Shown: piece after piece, positions 45,740 to 56,208 of the stretch | Layout of the letters: every line of letters starts with the position of its first letter | How positions within the stretch are numbered: the stretch's first letter is position 1 | Source of the DNA: Escherichia coli | GTDB lineage: Bacteria > Pseudomonadota > Gammaproteobacteria > Enterobacterales > Enterobacteriaceae | NCBI RefSeq assembly: GCF_041248615.1 | Contig: NZ_CP158426.1 | Length of the DNA stretch: 64,000 nt | Direction: 5' to 3' (one strand) | Notes under the pieces: model-generated | Told to the model about the DNA's origin: nothing | What the model saw: the letters and a program-made list of their open reading frames with translations, nothing else | The model's database searches: none | Made by a program: the position numbers and the translations under genes

Positions 45740-45934
45740 TAGGTAGCCAATATCGCAGAGAAAATAAGAATTGAGGAATTGTTTATTGCGAAACCGTGCG
45801 AGTAGATGGTAATTCTGGTAGGAATATCATTTACGATTGATCAATTTTCCCACGGACTATATGCGATAAAATAACTTTGTCGATGCATGAAATAGCAGCT
45901 TCATTTTGTTAAAAGTAATAATAAAGGTGTAATT

Positions 45935-46552
45935 ATGATTAAAAAATTCGTTGAAGAATATCTTAATCAGATCTACATAAAAAAATACTCAATTATTACT
46001 ATTAATTCTCTTGATGAAGCTTCAATTATATCTAATATGCCTCATTGTTGGGAGCGTGATTTTCTGAAAAGAGAGCTGCATCTTCGAAGTGATATTGTAT
46101 TGAAAGCTAGAAGTAAAATAACCCCCTTCAAATGGTCTTCTGTAAATGGTAATAATGAAGATCTTAAGGCTTTATCCAATAGGTATAATATTAGCAATGG
46201 GGTGACTTTTGTTATAAAAATAAAACATGATGTCGTGATCTTCACGATGTACTACAATGAGGATGATGAGGATTTCATAAGATACTACTCTAGAAAGAAA
46301 CATAAAATATTGTATGATGTTATGAGTCTTTTTGAATCCCATTATGAACAAACACCCAAACATGTATTCACTGTACGAGAAAAGGAAGTTATGAATTTGC
46401 TGAAGTTTGGAAAAACTTATATTGAAATAGCATTTATTCTTGGTGTAAGTGAAAGGACCGTCAGATTTCATATCAATAATATTCTTGATAAATTGAATGT
46501 GACATCAGTTCGTTATGCGATCTTTAAAGCAGCTTCCGAAGGTTTGATCTGA
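45935..46552 (+). CDS. LuxR-family regulator (solo; N-terminal ligand-binding-like domain plus GerE HTH)
   Basis: C-terminal FTVREKEVMNLLKFGKTYIEIAFILGVSERTVRFHINNILDKLNV. 205 aa, very low GC. No luxI-type gene is nearby. Confidence 0.8.
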   Translation: MIKKFVEEYLNQIYIKKYSIITINSLDEASIISNMPHCWERDFLKRELHLRSDIVLKARSKITPFKWSSVNGNNEDLKALSNRYNISNGVTFVIKIKHDVVIFTMYYNEDDEDFIRYYSRKKHKILYDVMSLFESHYEQTPKHVFTVREKEVMNLLKFGKTYIEIAFILGVSERTVRFHINNILDKLNVTSVRYAIFKAASEGLI

Positions 46553-46883
46553 CAAGGTTTTCCTTGTCAGATCATCTATCAATGACGATAGAATTCTGAA
46601 AGGCGTAATCTCAAGCCATCGGTATCAAATCCATGCGCCCGAATGTGTTCTTCTGGGGTCCAAAATTGTCTGAGCTCCTTTGGTTTTGCACCAATGGACA
46701 AGATTCTGTGAGGTATATCGGACAATGCCTCACCTATAGCATGAATTGTCGTTCCTTCTAGGTATGGTTAACCTAGCCGGTTTATTACTACATGTCGTGG
46801 CAACTCCAGCGGAGTACATAATAGTCCATTCAGCATTGTTACTTTTTGTGAACTAGACTGGAAAAGAACTGGGTCAAATCACA

Positions 46884-48158
46884 TTAAATGAAGATACGTA
46901 GGCCGACCGCCGCCAGATGATCTGATACATTATATGACGCATCAGTGTTACCGCTTGCTTTCTCATAACCGTATTCAATATAGGTCACTGCGTTTTTCCC
47001 CAGCCAGTAATCGGTACCCAGCGTGGTGGACTGGAAGTGTTGACCGTCCATCGCATCACCGCCTTCGGTCCAGTCAAAGTTGGCATAGACGCTCCACTCA
47101 GGGGTAATTTTGAACTGTGAGGCATATTCCAGACCCAGAATCGTTTCTTGGTCGTTAGTCTGTTTGCTGGCGCCGCTGGTTGCTGCCTGAACGTCATCAA
47201 CTTTGTTGATATAGTAAGTCGCTTGCGCGCCGTTATACCAGGTGAAACTATCAAAGCTGGTTGTGTACTTAGCGTTCATCCCCATCGAATAGGTATTACC
47301 GTCATATGAAGGGCCGGTCACCGTTGTAACTGGAACAGTACCACCGTGCGGACCTATGGGCACATCCGTGGTTATGGTACCCTGATTGACAGAATAGTTG
47401 TTATAAGCTGCCGTACCGGAAAGTGAGAAACCATTATCGAAGCGATATTGTGCTGCTAACGCAGCGCCGCCGTGAACAGTCGCGGAACCATCGTGGTACG
47501 CATCATGCATATCCGGTCCGTTGCCGTAACCGCTGCCAAAACCAATTTTATCGACATCGTCATTCCCTTGGCCCATTACACCCACCGTGAAGGCCTTGGT
47601 GTTGTAATAATAAATAACAGCCGAGTTAATAATATCGGTCGACATACCAGTGGTATCATGTTTGGCTTTGCCACCGTATGCATAGGTGGTATCAATTCCC
47701 AGCCCCCAGTCGGTTGGGGAATATTGCTTACCGAAAGTCACCACCCCATATTCATCATTACCTATCCCCGCATACGCCTGACGGGTATAAACATCGTTAC
47801 CCTGATTATCAGTTGCGGAATCCAGACCGTGTATGCCAGTTTCATAATAACCTGCTGCGTAATAGCCTTTGTCATTAATATTGTGTCGTAGTGCGACACC
47901 CAGACGTGAGTCGTTGTTTTGTATATTATGTTCTACACTGTGCGCTGAATCGTTCTTTGCCATGAGACGTAAGGATCCCATAACTGAAATGGCTGTATCA
48001 TCATTTTGATAAATCATCTCCCCCTTGGTCTGTGTAGCAGTATATGCTGGAGCCGTATGTTCCCCGCTACTCACCTGTGCACAGGCAGGTGCGACTATTG
48101 CTGCAGTAATAAGCGGAGCAACAATAAATGGTTTAAGTCTTATATATTTTACGTGCAT
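46884..48158 (-). CDS. porin-like outer-membrane beta-barrel protein
   Basis: Signal peptide from MHVKYIRLKPF...APACAQ. Gly/Tyr/Asp-rich alternating strands. Terminal ...AAVGLRIFI. The family assignment is tentative. Confidence 0.6.
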   Translation of the reverse strand: MHVKYIRLKPFIVAPLITAAIVAPACAQVSSGEHTAPAYTATQTKGEMIYQNDDTAISVMGSLRLMAKNDSAHSVEHNIQNNDSRLGVALRHNINDKGYYAAGYYETGIHGLDSATDNQGNDVYTRQAYAGIGNDEYGVVTFGKQYSPTDWGLGIDTTYAYGGKAKHDTTGMSTDIINSAVIYYYNTKAFTVGVMGQGNDDVDKIGFGSGYGNGPDMHDAYHDGSATVHGGAALAAQYRFDNGFSLSGTAAYNNYSVNQGTITTDVPIGPHGGTVPVTTVTGPSYDGNTYSMGMNAKYTTSFDSFTWYNGAQATYYINKVDDVQAATSGASKQTNDQETILGLEYASQFKITPEWSVYANFDWTEGGDAMDGQHFQSTTLGTDYWLGKNAVTYIEYGYEKASGNTDASYNVSDHLAAVGLRIFI

Positions 48159-48422
48159 AGAAACCCCATGATCATTGTTTAAGTTCATTTTTAGAGTGTT
48201 TTTTAAATATGGAGAGTCTATTAAAAGCTTTTGAATATAAAATAAAACTGTCAGTTCTGACAGGAGTGTTTTTTATTTTCAATTAAATTATTAAGCATTT
48301 TTTCGGAGATGTGGGTTTTTTACACGGTATTAGCGAAACGGTTTGCCATGTAGTTTGGACAAAGTAAAAAGCCGCATCAGTCTGCACTGATGCGGCTTTG
48401 ATTTGTCAGGGTGACTAAATCA

Positions 48423-49694
48423 CTAGCCAGCTTGAAGCGTCGTTTTTCCTCTCCCCAGTATGTAGGGCGGTACATAGGATTTGCGGCAAGTATCCAGATA
48501 ATCCGACCACCACTGCATCATTGCCTTTCTTGCTTCCAGATGCTCTGCTCTGTGAATATATGCCTGGCGTACGGAGTTACGTTCCTGGTGGCTCATTTGC
48601 CGTTCAACAGCATCCTGTGACCATATACTGGATTCCATAAGGGCACTGCATGCCATTGTCCTGAAACCGTGACCACAGATTTCCATTTTCGTATCCCAGC
48701 CCATCAGGCGTAGCGCCTTGTTCACCGTATTTTCACACATGGGTTTATACGGATTATGGTCCCCGGGGAACACGAGTGCATTATCTCCTGAGATATCCTT
48801 AATCTTTTTCAAGATCGCGATCGACTGTTGTGAGAGGGGTACGATATGAGGCCTGCGCATTTTGGCACCACGACCAGAGTAACGCACGCCTTCAATAGCT
48901 TCGCGCGTGGCGGGTATTGTCCAGACCTGGTTTCCGAAATCAATTTCATGCCAGCGGGCAAAACGCAATTCACTCGAGCGAATGAACAGATGCAGTGTTA
49001 GCAGGATGGCAAGGCGAGTGAGTTCACGGCACTGCTGAAAACTCTCAATGCTCTCAAGCAGTTCTGGAAGACGCTCCAGTGGTAGAGCGGGGTAGTGTCG
49101 TTTTACTGGTGGAGCCGTCACTCCGTCAAGGTTTGCTGCCGGATTAAAATCGATTAATCCATGATGCACGGCGTAGCGCATGATATTCCGGAGGTGCTGG
49201 CGTGTACGGGATGCAACTTCCAGGAGACCCTTTTCCTCAATTCCTTTTAATAAAGTGATGAAATGGCGGGGTTTCAGTTCTGAAACTGACATGGTGCCAA
49301 TGACTGGGAAGATATGATTATTCATGCTGGCGAGCAAACGGTCGGCGGTGTTCTCTGACCATTTTTTATTGCTCTTGTGCCATGCAAGTGCAACGTTTCT
49401 AAACACTTTCTTTGGCATGCGAGAACTGCGTTCGGCTGCTCGCTGCTCTGCTGGATTGATGTTCAGTACCAGCATTTTGCGAATACCTTCACGTTGACTA
49501 CGGGCGTCTGAGAGGGAGATGACTGGGTAGGCACCGAGTGCAATACGTGATTCTTTACCCTTAATACGGTACTTGAGATACCAGTGACGTGAACCGCCAG
49601 GTTTGACCAAGAGATACAGACCGTGGGAATCGGAAACTTTAAAGGGTTTATCAGATGGTTTGAGACTGCGGATTTTGGTGTCGGTAAGAGACAT
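48423..49694 (-). CDS. int: P4-type tyrosine integrase
   Basis: N-terminal LTDTKIRSLKPSDKPFKVSDSHGLYLLVKPGGSRHWYLKYR. C-terminal R...H.(F)R...Y catalytic pattern. It lies 161 bp from the tRNA-Asn 3' end. Confidence 0.9.
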   Translation of the reverse strand: MSLTDTKIRSLKPSDKPFKVSDSHGLYLLVKPGGSRHWYLKYRIKGKESRIALGAYPVISLSDARSQREGIRKMLVLNINPAEQRAAERSSRMPKKVFRNVALAWHKSNKKWSENTADRLLASMNNHIFPVIGTMSVSELKPRHFITLLKGIEEKGLLEVASRTRQHLRNIMRYAVHHGLIDFNPAANLDGVTAPPVKRHYPALPLERLPELLESIESFQQCRELTRLAILLTLHLFIRSSELRFARWHEIDFGNQVWTIPATREAIEGVRYSGRGAKMRRPHIVPLSQQSIAILKKIKDISGDNALVFPGDHNPYKPMCENTVNKALRLMGWDTKMEICGHGFRTMACSALMESSIWSQDAVERQMSHQERNSVRQAYIHRAEHLEARKAMMQWWSDYLDTCRKSYVPPYILGRGKTTLQAG

Positions 49695-49855
49695 ATGGGG
49701 TCACTCCATAATAGAACGAACCGGACCCCAGATTTGACCACCAATTTTTCCCGATGCGGAGGATAAAATCAAAATGCATCAGGAGAAGTTTTCACGCTAA
49801 GCTGTTGTATTAAAACCATAGAGGCATTAATGAATGCTGCACGAAAACAAGAATT

Positions 49856-49931
49856 TGGCTCCTCTGACTGGACTCGAACCAGTGACATACGGATTAACAG
49901 TCCGCCGTTCTACCGACTGAACTACAGAGGA
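49856..49931 (-). tRNA. asnT: tRNA-Asn (GUU)
   Basis: The reverse complement reads TCCTCTGTAGTTCAGTCGGTAGAACGGCGGACTGTTAATCCGTATGTCACTGGTTCGAGTCCAGTCAGAGGAGCCA, which is the E. coli tRNA-Asn sequence. The asnT name is inferred from adjacency to mtfA. Confidence 0.95.
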
Positions 49932-50031
49932 ATCGTGTGAACGGGGCGCATATTACTTAGCGGTACCTTGTCTGTCAACACTAAATTTCATAAGCCATTT
50001 CAATTGGTTAATTAATCTGCAAAGTTGTTAA

Positions 50032-50829
50032 TTAATGAACATTCGTCGCCGAAAACGAGTCTGTATCATTAGCGTGATGCAGTCTCTGCAAAGGATCTTG
50101 TTGATAAAATTGGCAGAAACGTTGCCACAATGAAGGGAAACGAGGAGCAAAAAGTTCTGGGGCGCTAAAGAAATATTCAGAAAGTACGGCAAAACACTCA
50201 GCAGGATCACTGGCAGCATAAGCATCGATGCTCGCCGCATTCTCGCCAACTAATTCGATTTCTTCCTGAATGTTGTTCATTGCAGCATGAAGATCGTGTT
50301 CCCAGCTAGCAACCTCACGCAACGGAATAAAGGGAACTCCGCTGGCGCGATCGCCGTTACGGGTGTCCAGCTTATGAGCGACTTCATGAATAATCAGGTT
50401 AAAACCAGAAGCATCAAAAGAATCTTGTATATCCAACCAGTTCAAAACGATAGGCCCTTGCTGCCAGCTCTGACCTGACTGAACAATACGTTGGTTATGC
50501 ACCAGACCGATATCGTCTTCCCATTCGTCATCGACCACAAATGGCGCAGGATAAATTAAGACTTCATGAAAACCATCCAGCCATTCCAGTCCTAACTCCA
50601 GAACGGGCAGGCAAAATAGAAGTGCTATCCGGCAGCTTCTTAATGAATCCAGTTCAAAGCCCTGTAAAGGAACAAGCCGCTTTTGCTGTAAAAAACGTTC
50701 GGCAAGAGTGACTAATTTGCTTTGTTCCTGTTCCGTCAGACACGTTAAAAGGGGGATCGATAGTGCTTCCTGCCAGGGAAGGGCAGTTTGATGTGCTGAT
50801 TCTTGTACTTTCCAGGGCCACTTAATCAT
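50032..50829 (-). CDS. mtfA: Mlc titration factor A (MtfA/YeeI), zinc aminopeptidase
   Basis: 265 aa from [13 protein letters not shown]..., with the HEVAHKLD zinc motif. Matches E. coli MtfA. Confidence 0.9.
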   Translation of the reverse strand: MIKWPWKVQESAHQTALPWQEALSIPLLTCLTEQEQSKLVTLAERFLQQKRLVPLQGFELDSLRSCRIALLFCLPVLELGLEWLDGFHEVLIYPAPFVVDDEWEDDIGLVHNQRIVQSGQSWQQGPIVLNWLDIQDSFDASGFNLIIHEVAHKLDTRNGDRASGVPFIPLREVASWEHDLHAAMNNIQEEIELVGENAASIDAYAASDPAECFAVLSEYFFSAPELFAPRFPSLWQRFCQFYQQDPLQRLHHANDTDSFSATNVH

Positions 50830-50922
50830 CGTTTTGCTCGCAAACTCGTCACTTGAACAAAATTGCACGGACAGGGACTGTTAAAATGCCAAATTTCCTG
50901 GCATCATGGCAACCATCTGAAC

Positions 50923-51012
50923 GGAGAGATGCCGGAGCGGCTGAACGGACCGGTCTCGAAAACCGGAGTGGGGGCAACTCCACCGGGGGTTCAAATCCCC
51001 CTCTCTCCGCCA
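50923..51012 (+). tRNA. serU: tRNA-Ser (CGA)
   Basis: GGAGAGATGCCGGAGCGGCTGAACGGACCGGTCTCGAAAACCGG...GGTTCAAATCCCCCTCTCTCCGCCA. It has a long variable arm and anticodon CGA. Its position next to mtfA matches E. coli serU. Confidence 0.9.
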
Positions 51013-51064
51013 AAATTCAATCACTTACACATCATTAAGTCAGTGACAAAAATCACACTTGGAA

Positions 51065-52090
51065 TTACTTGGAATATTTTCTTGGAATATTTTCAGGTAA
51101 CGGGACATCAAGTGTTGGTGAAACTTTAACCTTCCTGTCATAGATTAGCACTTGCCCTTCGGTTTTGTGACCAGAGAAAAGTTGCTTATCCCGGCTGCTT
51201 CCTTCATAGTCTGAAATTCCTTTCGCCTTCAGATCATGAAAGGTGAAGTCGGTTAAAATACCTGAAATTTTTCCAGCACGATTTCTTGCATCTACCCACA
51301 TTTCGTTAAAGCCTTTGTACATATATCGGTTGCCGTATTGATTGCTGATCACATAGGCAGATTTTGGTAACTGTTTTGCTTTTTCGATCGCTGCCTGTAA
51401 TCGTGGACTCCATGCTTTTATCTGTTTTTTTCCGGTTTTCCCTTGCTGGATGAATATCCCGTCGTTTCCAATCTGTTCCCATTTCAGCGATAACACATCG
51501 GAAACCCTCGCTGCACACAGATAGGCAATTTCCATTGCGATAAAAACAGGAAGAGGTGCAACGCTTAATACTGCCTGGTATTCTTTGTCGGTTACATATC
51601 GTTCGCGGTTTTTGGCCTTGAATTTACTTACACCTGCACATGGGTTAGCCTTCACGTACCCTCGCTCATACCCCCAACTGTAAACACGGGACATACTGCT
51701 TTTTTCATGGTTGGCTTGCGTTTTACTCTGCTCCCCTCTTTTGTCCATGTATCGACGGATGTGTTCTGGTTTTATGGAATCCGCTGGTACCTTACCGAAT
51801 ACGGCAAGCAACTTTTTTTGATGTTGCAGATAATCTTTTTGTGTTCTTGGACTAAGGTCACTGTAATAGGCGCTGGCGAGGAATTTTTCCCACAAGCGAC
51901 CGAATGTCATTGCACGATCGCGATTATTTACAGTTTCCTCATACTTTTTCCATAAAGCAGCTAAACCATCCTTGATGGCGGTTAGTGTGACAGATTCTCT
52001 GGATGTTGGTTTCCATACATAACTATATTTATTTGGGTATACATTTGGAGGTAATTTTTCGTGTTCAGGATTTTTCCTTCGTCTTCCCAT
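51065..52090 (-). CDS. int: phage integrase (lambda-type tyrosine recombinase)
   Basis: 341 aa with an arm-binding-type N-terminus, then a core-binding and catalytic domain (AARVSDVL, HDLKA, Y near the C-terminus). It lies 53 bp from serU. Confidence 0.9.
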   Translation of the reverse strand: MGRRRKNPEHEKLPPNVYPNKYSYVWKPTSRESVTLTAIKDGLAALWKKYEETVNNRDRAMTFGRLWEKFLASAYYSDLSPRTQKDYLQHQKKLLAVFGKVPADSIKPEHIRRYMDKRGEQSKTQANHEKSSMSRVYSWGYERGYVKANPCAGVSKFKAKNRERYVTDKEYQAVLSVAPLPVFIAMEIAYLCAARVSDVLSLKWEQIGNDGIFIQQGKTGKKQIKAWSPRLQAAIEKAKQLPKSAYVISNQYGNRYMYKGFNEMWVDARNRAGKISGILTDFTFHDLKAKGISDYEGSSRDKQLFSGHKTEGQVLIYDRKVKVSPTLDVPLPENIPRKYSK

Positions 52091-52293
52091 CAGATCGCAC
52101 CAAAATTCGGCTCTACCTCGCGTGGTGGTAAAGTTTTATTGCAGGTAAATAGATCCCGGCTGACAATCGGTTTGCCACTACGATTGGTATAGAACGGAAG
52201 CCCGTTTTCCATTAACCATTTTCGCTGGTGGCTTGCATATTTGCAGCCCGTTAATATTAGCAATTCATCTTCGGTTAAAAATAAGCTGCTCAT
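52090..52293 (-). CDS. excisionase-like small protein (DUF4224-type)
   Basis: 67 aa: LTEDELLILTGCKYASHQRKWLMENGLPF. Its stop abuts the int start. Confidence 0.6.
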   Translation of the reverse strand: MSSLFLTEDELLILTGCKYASHQRKWLMENGLPFYTNRSGKPIVSRDLFTCNKTLPPREVEPNFGAI

Positions 52294-52351
52294 AGCTATA
52301 TCTCATAACCGCCGCTAACTATATACGGTTAGCGGCAATTAGGGTTGAACA

Positions 52352-54793
52352 TTAAAAATCAGCCTGACTCGGGATCAGTTTTTGCCAGATAGCTGAAACG
52401 TATTTTGCCTGGTAACGAGCGTCATCAAGTGCATTATGGCGCTCACCTTCGAATGGAATAGCCGTTCTGGCATCGAAGTCTATGGCTTTCCCCAGCTCAA
52501 CGATTGTGCGTACATCGCGATCGTTGTAGTAACGCCACGGGCAGGGGATCCCCTGCCGTTCGTATGAACGGCGCAAAATCGTGTTGTCGAAGTTGGCTCC
52601 ATTTCCCCAAACCTGAACAAAAAATTCACCGGAGTTTTCGTCGATAAATTCCCGCAATTGTAACAGTGCATCATCTAACGGGATTTCATCGGTCATAATG
52701 GCAGATTGCGCTTCGCGTGATTGCTTAAGCCACCATTTAATGGTGTCCCGATCAATGACTCCGCCAGCAGTTTCCAGATCGATAGTCTTACTAAATTCCG
52801 GTCCCATATCTCCGGTTTGCGGATCGAAAAATATTGCACCTATTGAGATGATCGGGGCATCAGGATTTTTTCCCATGGTTTCAAGGTCGATCATTAGATG
52901 GTCACACGTCCTGCTGGTGGATGTGATTTCGTGATGACCGTTCACCTTAATTGGGTGATCTGCCGTCTCGCCAGTTTTATTATCGCTGGCGTGATGCTGA
53001 TTGCCGCCAGGGTTCTCCTTGTGTGGATGTTCAGCGCCTTCCATTTCCTCCGGATCATTTTCCTGAACTTCAACCTGATTCTCTTCATCGAATGTTTCCT
53101 GGTATGTTGCGTCGCCCATCACCGCGCCACAATCAGGGCAGTTGCCGCCACCGCTCTGACCGCAGGCGGTGCAGACTTTTTCCGGTTCCTGTTGCGCTAC
53201 TGGTTCGGATTGTTTCGTTTCTGGCTCGTTTTGTAACGCATTTGGGCTGTTTTGTTCCGCTTTTTGGTCGTTCCGTTCCGATTCATGCTGGTTCTGGTTC
53301 ACAGAATCGCGAGTCTGGATCCCCTTGACCCATTTCGGATCATTAGGGTCGCTAATCCCCTCAACAAATTCACCACGCGATACAGCAAGTAACTTATCGG
53401 CGTCAGGCTGGCTGATATTGGCTGCCTGCATAATTTTGTTTACTTCGTCAGCGGTGACTTTTACTTGGTTAGCGGAACTCACCTGCGACTGAGCATCCAG
53501 CGACTGCGCGTTCTGGCCATGTTCAGTTGTATCCGGTTCCATTGTTTCAGTTGTTGCCTGTTCACCTGCCATTGCGTCAGATGGTTGTGGTTTTTCTTCT
53601 TCTGTTTCACGCTCAGTAACCACCTCGCGGTTAATTTCTTCCAGGATATCTTTTTCCGGCGTATGCCGGGCAGCTGTGAGAGTTTCCTTGCTGGGGTTCT
53701 CGTGATCAGTTTCCGTCAAATAGGCGTTGATATACCCCTGAAGGCGTCCCGGGTAGTGATAAAATTCAGGGTGTGCGCTTCGGATAAGTGCAAAAATAGC
53801 GGCGCGGGAATAGTCCAGAATACCCGGGGTTGCACGAAGTGCTGCGGACCATTCTTTGAACGGACTTTCTTTGTTCAGGACTACTTCTTTTGCGCGACGA
53901 TAAACGCTGCCCGGAATTTCATAAATATTAAAATCCATCGGAAGTGTGGCTGCTGCAATCTCCACATCCAGTGTGTCGAGGGTGTGTACTAAATTCGGAT
54001 TGCGATCGGTTTTGTTCCCACCGCCAGCATTAGCACCGGAAGCCGTGCGGGTGATGCGTGAAACACGATTTCCTTTCATCCACTCTTTTGTCAGCAGACC
54101 CCGATCAGTGTAGTCAGCGTCCAGGTATGCTTCGAAAAAAGCAGTTATTAGTCCCAGGTCTGAATTACCAGGATTAGGGAAAACTTTGTCAGTGTCACGA
54201 ACCAGTTTGTGGAGGTCGCGAATCTCCAGCGAGTCGAGCAGACTGGTTTTATGCGAAATAGCCAGGGCAGTAACAGCCGGTAGTTCTTCAGCCCGTGCAA
54301 TGTGTAATGCCTGGAGTTCGTCGCGTGAAACGTGCGTTACTGGTTTTTCGCTGCCGTGTTGAGCAAGCCAACGAATGGGCAGTTCCTGACCGGAGACAGG
54401 CAGAAGCATGCTCTCCTCAATCTCAGTCATGTCTTCGCCGTTGATGTTGGTATTGTCAGTGCTGGCTGGTTTGTCCTGAACAGAGGGGGAAGGGCCGATA
54501 AATGTCATTGTGATGCCATCTTTCCCGCCTTTTTCATAGCGGTTGCAGAATTCAGTATCAAACACGCCTTCTGGCGGAAGGTCGTCAACAACGGGCAAAT
54601 TGACGCGGACGGGTTTTTTAAAGTCGTCTTCATCATAATCGTTGTCATCCATTGCGGTAATGCAGCGGGAGATTGCAACAGATAATTTTTTTGCTGTAGT
54701 CCAGTAAAAACCACCTTTAATTCCCAGGCGTTTTCTTACTTTGTCATTTTTTGCTTCGCAATATAGTGCAAATTCTTCTTTATCAGTGCTCAT
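52352..54793 (-). CDS. large phage exonuclease-family protein (YdfE-like N-terminus, C-terminal DEDD 3'-5' exonuclease domain)
   Basis: 813 aa with an acidic, low-complexity middle and a CxxC..CxxC element. C-terminal LMIDLETMG...GANFDN..L...H.ALDDA is DnaQ-like. Confidence 0.7.
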   Translation of the reverse strand: MSTDKEEFALYCEAKNDKVRKRLGIKGGFYWTTAKKLSVAISRCITAMDDNDYDEDDFKKPVRVNLPVVDDLPPEGVFDTEFCNRYEKGGKDGITMTFIGPSPSVQDKPASTDNTNINGEDMTEIEESMLLPVSGQELPIRWLAQHGSEKPVTHVSRDELQALHIARAEELPAVTALAISHKTSLLDSLEIRDLHKLVRDTDKVFPNPGNSDLGLITAFFEAYLDADYTDRGLLTKEWMKGNRVSRITRTASGANAGGGNKTDRNPNLVHTLDTLDVEIAAATLPMDFNIYEIPGSVYRRAKEVVLNKESPFKEWSAALRATPGILDYSRAAIFALIRSAHPEFYHYPGRLQGYINAYLTETDHENPSKETLTAARHTPEKDILEEINREVVTERETEEEKPQPSDAMAGEQATTETMEPDTTEHGQNAQSLDAQSQVSSANQVKVTADEVNKIMQAANISQPDADKLLAVSRGEFVEGISDPNDPKWVKGIQTRDSVNQNQHESERNDQKAEQNSPNALQNEPETKQSEPVAQQEPEKVCTACGQSGGGNCPDCGAVMGDATYQETFDEENQVEVQENDPEEMEGAEHPHKENPGGNQHHASDNKTGETADHPIKVNGHHEITSTSRTCDHLMIDLETMGKNPDAPIISIGAIFFDPQTGDMGPEFSKTIDLETAGGVIDRDTIKWWLKQSREAQSAIMTDEIPLDDALLQLREFIDENSGEFFVQVWGNGANFDNTILRRSYERQGIPCPWRYYNDRDVRTIVELGKAIDFDARTAIPFEGERHNALDDARYQAKYVSAIWQKLIPSQADF

Positions 54794-54886
54794 TATTGGT
54801 AAACCTCATCACAGATTTAAGGGTGAACAAATCTCTGCCATTGCTGACATATAAGAATGAAACTGGATATTTATTACGGTGCTGTT

Positions 54887-55078
54887 TTAAAATCCTGCCG
54901 GGATTTCGTTATTATCCTGGTGAATAACTTTATCGACCGGATAACAGTTGCCTGGAATTTTCTGTTCGGTTGCTGCTGCCATACATTCCTGCTTTGTTCT
55001 GTGAACACTGACTGCAATATCAACTGGCCCTCCGGAAACAAGAAAAACCGTCAGAATAAGTGCAAATACTGGATTCAT
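54887..55078 (-). CDS. ydfD: YdfD-like small membrane/lysis protein (DUF1482)
   Basis: 63 aa from MNPVFALILTVFLVSGGPVDIAVSVHRTKQECMAAATEQKIPGNCYPVDKV.... Close to Qin YdfD as I recall it. Its start overlaps the dicB stop. Confidence 0.75.
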   Translation of the reverse strand: MNPVFALILTVFLVSGGPVDIAVSVHRTKQECMAAATEQKIPGNCYPVDKVIHQDNNEIPAGF

Positions 55079-55263
55079 TGTGCACATCCTTTTGGCATCA
55101 GACGTAAACGGGCCAGCATTGAAACAATGCATACTTTATTTAATAACTCCCGTTCGTGTTTTCTTTTGTTAATGGCATCTTCAGTAAATACAGGATTACT
55201 GATAGTGACACCAATTTCAAAACAACCTTCAGACGTATTAACGTTTGGTAATAACGTTTTCAT
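55075..55263 (-). CDS. dicB: cell-division inhibitor DicB
   Basis: 62 aa: MKTLLPNVNTSEGCFEIGVTISNPVFTEDAINKRKHERELLNKVCIVSMLARLRLMPKGCAQ. Nearly identical to Qin DicB. Confidence 0.85.
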   Translation of the reverse strand: MKTLLPNVNTSEGCFEIGVTISNPVFTEDAINKRKHERELLNKVCIVSMLARLRLMPKGCAQ

Positions 55264-55431
55264 TATCGCGCCCTCAACAATGAGTTTTGTGATGCGGTGC
55301 CTGGTGCCTCCAGGTGACGTTAACCAGTTAACAATTAACGCCGGATACAGAGAATCCACCCATAACACTGTTTTTGGTTTTAACTGTTCCGCGTGCGCTT
55401 AGCCGCATTCACCGCATCACAAAATTCACTT

Positions 55432-55490
55432 TAAAAAGGGCGGCAGAGCAGTCACGGAGTAAAACTGATACCGCCAAACGTCACCAGAAA
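55432..55490 (-). ncRNA. dicF: DicF small regulatory RNA (targets ftsZ and others) with its terminator
   Basis: The reverse complement of 55438-55490 is TTTCTGGTGACGTTTGGCGGTATCAGTTTTACTCCGTGACTGCTCTGCCGCCC, followed by a T-run. This is the DicF sequence. Confidence 0.85.
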
Positions 55491-55830
55491 ATTGATAACA
55501 GAGGGCGTTGCAGCGGGGTTGTCACTTAAGCGTATGGTCAACCTGACAACCCGGTGTCCTCAACGGGGAAGGAATAACCCCGCCATACTTACCGCCGCGC
55601 CATTTCGCGGAGTGCCACAACCGGAAGCGCACGGTCGACGAAAATTTAACGACAGGCTATCTATGAACCAGCTACCTCGCCGTGCGCTTTCGCGTTATGG
55701 TCTGACTTTTCAGGGAAATATCCTTTCAGTAAACTGTCAGTGCCGGATGCTCACCCGTGTCCGGCGCACGCACTCCACCTCACCCGTGGAGAACTCCTTA
55801 ATTACCAACCTTAGCTTCGTTGGTTAGCTA

Positions 55831-56049
55831 TTAACGCGGGTATGTAATCATTCTGGCAATGCTTAATGCCGCTGCTTTTTCCAGATTGGTGATATCCTGC
55901 TCCAGAGCGGACAGATTTTCAGCCTGCTTAGCCCTGGCTTCATTAGCCCATTTCAGATCCTGCGCTGCATTAATTTTCTGGCGCATCCACTCATAAAGTT
56001 CATCATCGGTATAGTCTGGCGCGATTATGACGGGTTCTCGTTTCTGCAT
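55831..56049 (-). CDS. ydfC: YdfC-like phage early protein
   Basis: 72-aa ORF in the same position as ydfC in the Qin ydfABC-dicF-dicB operon. Confidence 0.65.
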   Translation of the reverse strand: MQKREPVIIAPDYTDDELYEWMRQKINAAQDLKWANEARAKQAENLSALEQDITNLEKAAALSIARMITYPR

Positions 56050-56078
56050 ACTGATTCCTCGCGGTGCTACTTCGCTTA

Positions 56079-56207
56079 TCAGCCGTTAGATTTTGCCGAG
56101 CTGGAAAGCGCCTGTTTAAACTCACTGAAGCTGAGAGCTTCTTCGCCTTCGGCAAGGTCTTCGAAGTATTCTTCGTAAGCCTTTTCCATGATTGTGTCGA
56201 AATCCAT
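56079..56207 (-). CDS. ydfB: YdfB-like 42-aa protein (not in the ORF track)
   Basis: My translation: MDFDTIMEKAYEEYFEDLAEGEEALSFSEFKQALSSSAKSNG. The ATG lies 1 nt after the ydfA stop. The tracked 56003-56212 ORF is in another frame. Confidence 0.65.
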   Translation of the reverse strand: MDFDTIMEKAYEEYFEDLAEGEEALSFSEFKQALSSSAKSNG

Positions 56208-56208
56208 A

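Larger units (their letters stand above)
20343..49855 (-). mobile_element. integrative conjugative element at tRNA-Asn (P4-type int, virB T4SS, mobB/mobC, oriT-like region, cargo). The distal (left) boundary is not determined.
   Basis: The integrase abuts the tRNA-Asn 3' end. A full virB1-11 set, a coupling protein and a MOBC-type relaxase candidate are present. No clear copy of the tRNA 3'-end direct repeat was found in the window. Confidence 0.7.

Noticed and set aside
55492-55827. 111-aa plus-strand ORF between dicF and ydfC
   Set aside because: It is antisense to the known long, structured DicF precursor spacer. It has a TTG start and no RBS, so it is most likely non-coding.
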